Both the position numbers and the translations under genes were made by a program. The notes under the pieces were generated by a model. It worked only from the letters and a program-made list of their open reading frames with translations, was not told the DNA's origin and searched no databases. Below, piece by piece: positions 60,816 to 64,000 of a stretch of DNA of 64,000 bases (position 1 is the first letter of the stretch; every line of letters begins with the position of its first letter). The DNA is taken from assembly GCA_964488255.1 (NCBI GenBank), contig CAZAUR010000001.1, forward strand, positions 259,244-323,243, written 5' to 3'. Source of the DNA: an uncultured Spirochaetaceae bacterium (lineage in GTDB: Bacteria; Myxococcota_A; UBA9160; UBA4427).

Positions 60816-62537
60816 TTGGACCGGGGCATGTCGACGTCGATTCGTCCTCCGCGATGTCGCCGCGGCGCGCGGCGACCCCAGCGGACCGCCCTGCGCGTCG
60901 GGTCGGTCGCGCTCAGATCGGTCGGGCTCGTCCTTTTTGCATGCGTGTCCCTCGCGGCCGACTCGACCTGGCAGCGCATCGACGCCGGCGGTCGTCCTGC
61001 GGATCCCCTCGTCGCAGTCGCGCGGACCGGGCAGGGCGACGTCGCGATCGCAGCAGGTGGGGTCGTGCGCTGGTGGCGGGACGGCCTGTTCGTCGCGCCG
61101 GAGCGGGCGGCGCTCGAGGGCGTGCGCGATCTCGCCTTCGGCCCGGACGATGCGCTCTGGATCGGCGGGGCGAGCGGACTCTGGCGCTGGACGCGCGACG
61201 GGCGGCCGGAGCGAAGGCCGTTGCGCGGGGATGCGGGGGCCTCGGACGTCGCGCGCCTGGTCGGAGACCACGCGGGCTTGCTCGTCGCGACGCGCGCCGG
61301 CGCCTACTGGTCGACGAATGGGCGCCTCTTCCAGCCGCTCGCGGCGGGTCGGGTCGGTGCTTCGGTGACGCAGGTCGCTTCTCGCATGATCGACCCGAGC
61401 GCAGATCGACGCGACACCCGCGAGCTCTGGCTCTTCGGCGATGACGGTCTCGAACGTCTCGTAGGATTGGCGACGCCCTCCGGGCTGAGATTGCTCCGGC
61501 GGGACCGGGTCCCCCTGCCGCGTCCGCGAAGCGACGCCTGGCCCGTGGATCTCGCGGCCGCGGCGGACGGCGGCCCGCTCCTCGTGCTGTATCGGGATGC
61601 GATCGCCGTTGGGGTTGGCTCCCCGGAAGCGCCCGAGTGGCGACGTGTCCGGCCCGTCCTCGCGCCGGGCGCGCAGGCGCGACGATTGCGATGGACGCAC
61701 TCGGGGCTGCTGCTCGCGACCGACCGCGGGCTCTTCGAAGCGGCGGAAGCGACCGCCGACTGGCGACGCATCGGACCGGATCCCGGCGCGCAGCCCTGCT
61801 TCGATCTCGACGCGGGCGTGTCACGCAGCGACGGCGTCGCGCTCTGCCAGTCGGGCCTTCACGTGCTCGGCGGAGCGGCCGTCGCGCGTGTACCTCGACC
61901 GTCGATCGGGATCTCGCCAGACCGCCTACGCCCGGCGCCGATCCCACCCGATCCGCCGGTCGCAGCGATCCGCTCCCGTGCCCTGGCTCGCGCCGGTCTC
62001 GGGGTCGATCGTGACCGCGCGCTGCGAGAGGGGCTCGCGCGCCGGGGCTGGTGGCCGGAGGTCGGCCTCCAACTCGGCGCGGACTACGACCGCGGGGATC
62101 GCCGCTTCGCGGACCAGGCCTTCGTGTCCGGCGACTACCGCGCGCTCTTCGATCGCACCCGCGAGCGCGGCACGCGTTTCGAAGCGATGCTCGAGTTCGA
62201 CTGGACCCTCGGCGAGATCGCCTACCCGGACGACAGCGTCGACCTCTCCCGTGAGCTGCGACAGGTGCTCTCCCTGCGAGACGACGTGAGTGACGAGATC
62301 CATCAGCTCTACTTCGAGCGCGCGCGGATCCGCGAGCGCTTGGCGGCGGGTGGCCCCTTCGAGCCCGGCGAAGCGGCGAAGCTCCGCGTGCGCGCGGACG
62401 AGCTCGCCGCGGGCCTGGACGCGTGGACCGGCGGCTGGCTCAGCGAATGGCGCGAGTCTTCGTTCGCACCTCGTGCCGCTCTTTCGATTTCATCCCCGTC
62501 CCCCGGTCCCGACCCTCGAGGTCAACCGATCGAATGA
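60816..62537 (+). CDS. Secreted hypothetical protein (repeat/propeller-like N-terminal part, helical C-terminal part)
   Basis: 573-aa ORF with signal-like LRSVGLVLFACVSLAAD and repeated W/G-rich blades (GGVVRWWRDG, GASGLWRWTRDG, RAGAYWSTNG). Family not recognised. Confidence 0.5.
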   Translation: MDRGMSTSIRPPRCRRGARRPQRTALRVGSVALRSVGLVLFACVSLAADSTWQRIDAGGRPADPLVAVARTGQGDVAIAAGGVVRWWRDGLFVAPERAALEGVRDLAFGPDDALWIGGASGLWRWTRDGRPERRPLRGDAGASDVARLVGDHAGLLVATRAGAYWSTNGRLFQPLAAGRVGASVTQVASRMIDPSADRRDTRELWLFGDDGLERLVGLATPSGLRLLRRDRVPLPRPRSDAWPVDLAAAADGGPLLVLYRDAIAVGVGSPEAPEWRRVRPVLAPGAQARRLRWTHSGLLLATDRGLFEAAEATADWRRIGPDPGAQPCFDLDAGVSRSDGVALCQSGLHVLGGAAVARVPRPSIGISPDRLRPAPIPPDPPVAAIRSRALARAGLGVDRDRALREGLARRGWWPEVGLQLGADYDRGDRRFADQAFVSGDYRALFDRTRERGTRFEAMLEFDWTLGEIAYPDDSVDLSRELRQVLSLRDDVSDEIHQLYFERARIRERLAAGGPFEPGEAAKLRVRADELAAGLDAWTGGWLSEWRESSFAPRAALSISSPSPGPDPRGQPIE

Positions 62538-63205
62538 TGTTTCGAATCCGACGGTCCGCTGGTGCGCGGGCCTGCTTCTTGTGTGTGTGGTCGTTCGTGG
62601 CCGCGTTGCTGGCGGCGAACGCCGCGGAGGCGATGCCGATCCTTTCCGAGGTCTACTACGACGCGCCGGGAAGCGACGATGGTCAGGTCTTCATCGAGCT
62701 CGCCGGCCCGGCGGGCTTCGCCCTCGACGGCTTCCGCGTCGAAGGCGTGAACGGGAGCGGCGGTGGGATCGGCCCATCGATCGATCTCAGCGGCACGATC
62801 GGCGCCGACGGGCTCTTCGTGCTCGCAGATCGCCGCTCGGACGGCACGACCTCGGTCGCCAACGCGGACCAGCTGGCGAACTTCGACTTCCAGAACGGCC
62901 CGGACAGCGTGGTGCTCCGCGACGACGTCGCGATCGCCGATGCCCTCGGCTACGGCGTCTTCGGCGCCGGCGACGTGTTCGCGGGGGAGGGCGTCGCCGC
63001 CCCGGATGGCGCAGCGGGCGAGAGCCTCGCGCGTCACTTCGCCGACGTGGACACCGACGACAACGCGGCGGACTGGGCGCTCCGGTCGACGCCGACACCG
63101 GGCGAGGCGCCCTTCGCCGTCGTGCCCGAGCCGGGCTCGGCGCTCCTGACCGGGCTCGGCCTCGTCGGCCTCGCGGTCGCCGGGCGGAAACGCGACGCCT
63201 GCTAG
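62534..63205 (+). CDS. Lamin-tail-domain (LTD) protein with C-terminal PEP-CTERM sorting signal
   Basis: ATG at 62534 (ATGA overlap). Signal peptide; LTD-like ILSEVYYDAPGSDDGQVFIELAGP...DSVVL; C-terminus VPEPGSALLTGLGLVGLAVAGRKR. Confidence 0.75.
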   Translation: MMFRIRRSAGARACFLCVWSFVAALLAANAAEAMPILSEVYYDAPGSDDGQVFIELAGPAGFALDGFRVEGVNGSGGGIGPSIDLSGTIGADGLFVLADRRSDGTTSVANADQLANFDFQNGPDSVVLRDDVAIADALGYGVFGAGDVFAGEGVAAPDGAAGESLARHFADVDTDDNAADWALRSTPTPGEAPFAVVPEPGSALLTGLGLVGLAVAGRKRDAC

Positions 63206-63212
63206 TCTCTGC

Positions 63213-63246
63213 GCGCGCGACCGGAGGACGGCCCCCGGTCGCGCGC
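63213..63246 (+). terminator. GC-rich hairpin downstream of the PEP-CTERM gene (terminator-like, no U-tract)
   Basis: Perfect 12-bp inverted repeat GCGCGCGACCGG / CCGGTCGCGCGC with a 10-nt loop, starting 8 nt after the stop codon. Confidence 0.4.
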
Positions 63247-63306
63247 CGATGCACGAGGGCGAGCGCGCTGTCCGATTCGGCGCAGCGCCGCCCATTGGGG
63301 GACGAG

Positions 63307-63648
63307 ATGGCCAAGAAGGTCGACTGGTACTACTTCCGCAAGGGTTGAACGAGCTGCACGCGAGCGTCCAAGTTTCTGGACGCCAAGAAGATCACGGTGA
63401 AGGAAGAGATCCCGGCGAGCCGCAAGCTCGGCGCGAGCGACGCCAAGGCGATCGCCAAGGAATCTTCCAGGGTCTACGTCGCGAAGGGCAAGAAGCTCGA
63501 TCTCTTCGAGATGAAGAGCGCCAGGATCGGCGAGGTCGTCGAGAAGATGCTCGGTCCGACCGGGAATCTCAGAGCGCCCACGATGCGCGTCGGAAAGACG
63601 ACGGTGGTCGGGTTCAACGAGGACACGTTCTCGGACGTTCTTCTTTGA
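63307..63648 (+). CDS. ArsC/Spx/YffB-family glutaredoxin-fold protein, candidate selenoprotein (UxxC; in-frame TGA at 63346-63348)
   Basis: ATG 63307 gives MAKKVDWYYFRKG-TGA-TSCTRASKFLDAKKITVKEEIP..., in the same frame as the 83-aa ORF 63397-63648 (ending ...NLRAPTMRVGKTTVVGFNEDTF). The TGA sits at the first Cys of the family CxxC. A hairpin follows 15 nt downstream. Confidence 0.6.
63364..63383 (+). promoter_or_regulatory. Bacterial SECIS-like stem-loop
   Basis: GCGTCCA-AGTTTC-TGGACGC: a perfect 7-bp stem and a 6-nt loop with G at loop position 2. The loop begins 22 nt after the TGA. Confidence 0.5.
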
Positions 63649-63777
63649 TGCGGCTTTGGGCGTCTCTGCTCGAGGTCGACCGGTGTGCTCGTTGGGCGAC
63701 GCCGGGCCTTTTGATGCGGCTTTGGGCGTCTCTGCTCGAGGTCGACGGGTGTGCTCGTTTGGCGACGCCGATGGGGA
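63646..63777. repeat. Tandem duplication, about 66 bp x 2
   Basis: TGATGCGGCTTTGGGCGTCTCTGCTCGAGGTCGAC(C/G)GGTGTGCTCGTT(T)GGCGACGCCG... occurs at 63646 and again at 63712. The first copy starts at the stop codon of the preceding gene. Each copy contains GGCGTC...GACGCC and a GGTCGACC palindrome. Confidence 0.85.
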
Positions 63778-64000
63778 TGCTGCGCGGATGCGTCGCGATC
63801 GCCGGGCGATTCGGCTGATTCGAGGGTAAAACCACCCGAACAGTGAGGGCTGCGGGCTGGACCGGTCCGGGCCTTTCAGATTCGGGCGCGATGACCCGAT
63901 AGTGAAGGGACCTGCGTCCGCGGTGCCGGTTGCGGGCGCGATCGCTAATGGGGGCTTCGGTTTCGCGATGTTGTCGGGCTTCAACACGAATTTTCGATAC

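Overview
Very GC-rich bacterial chromosomal window (about 70% GC by eye, not computed). It is densely coded, and many adjacent genes overlap by 4 nt (ATGA/GTGA). The high GC produces many long spurious alternate-frame ORFs, translated as R/A/G/P-rich low complexity. I therefore called genes only where the translation shows recognisable family motifs or a clear operon context.

Recognisable content, left to right:
- The 5' part of a dcw cluster on the minus strand: mraZ-rsmH-ftsL-ftsI-murE-murF.
- HDAC-family deacetylase, phaR, and a paired ArsA/Get3-like ATPase operon.
- tatA, phosphomannomutase, and an ECF-type sigma factor.
- A MerR / ParA-CBM48 / degenerate MinD-like / unknown four-gene operon.
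- A 2-phosphoglycerate-kinase-like protein, trmB, rlmN.
- An IS200-like (RAYT-like) Y1 transposase gene, plus a decayed second copy elsewhere in the window.
- A LysM lytic transglycosylase, ffh, plsB, hisI-hisG.
- Three tandem paralogous sensor histidine kinases in increasing states of decay, with a molybdopterin oxidoreductase between the first two.
- A variant System I cytochrome c maturation operon (ccmE-ccmF-X-ccmA-ccmB-ccmC). Its CcmE has Cys in place of the heme-binding His, and a large unknown gene is embedded in the operon.
- An aminotransferase, engB, and an F420 cofD-cofC-cofE operon.
- A PEP-CTERM lamin-tail-domain protein.
- A probable ArsC/Spx-family selenoprotein: in-frame TGA at the CxxC position with a SECIS-like hairpin just downstream.

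No rRNA, tRNA or CRISPR array was found.

The most interesting candidates are the selenoprotein recoding site, the ParA-CBM48 operon (a possible cargo-positioning system), the unknown ccm-embedded protein, and the graded pseudogenisation of the kinase array. Taxonomy can only be inferred: the gene content is reminiscent of the delta-proteobacterial, Myxococcota or Desulfobacterota sensu lato groups.
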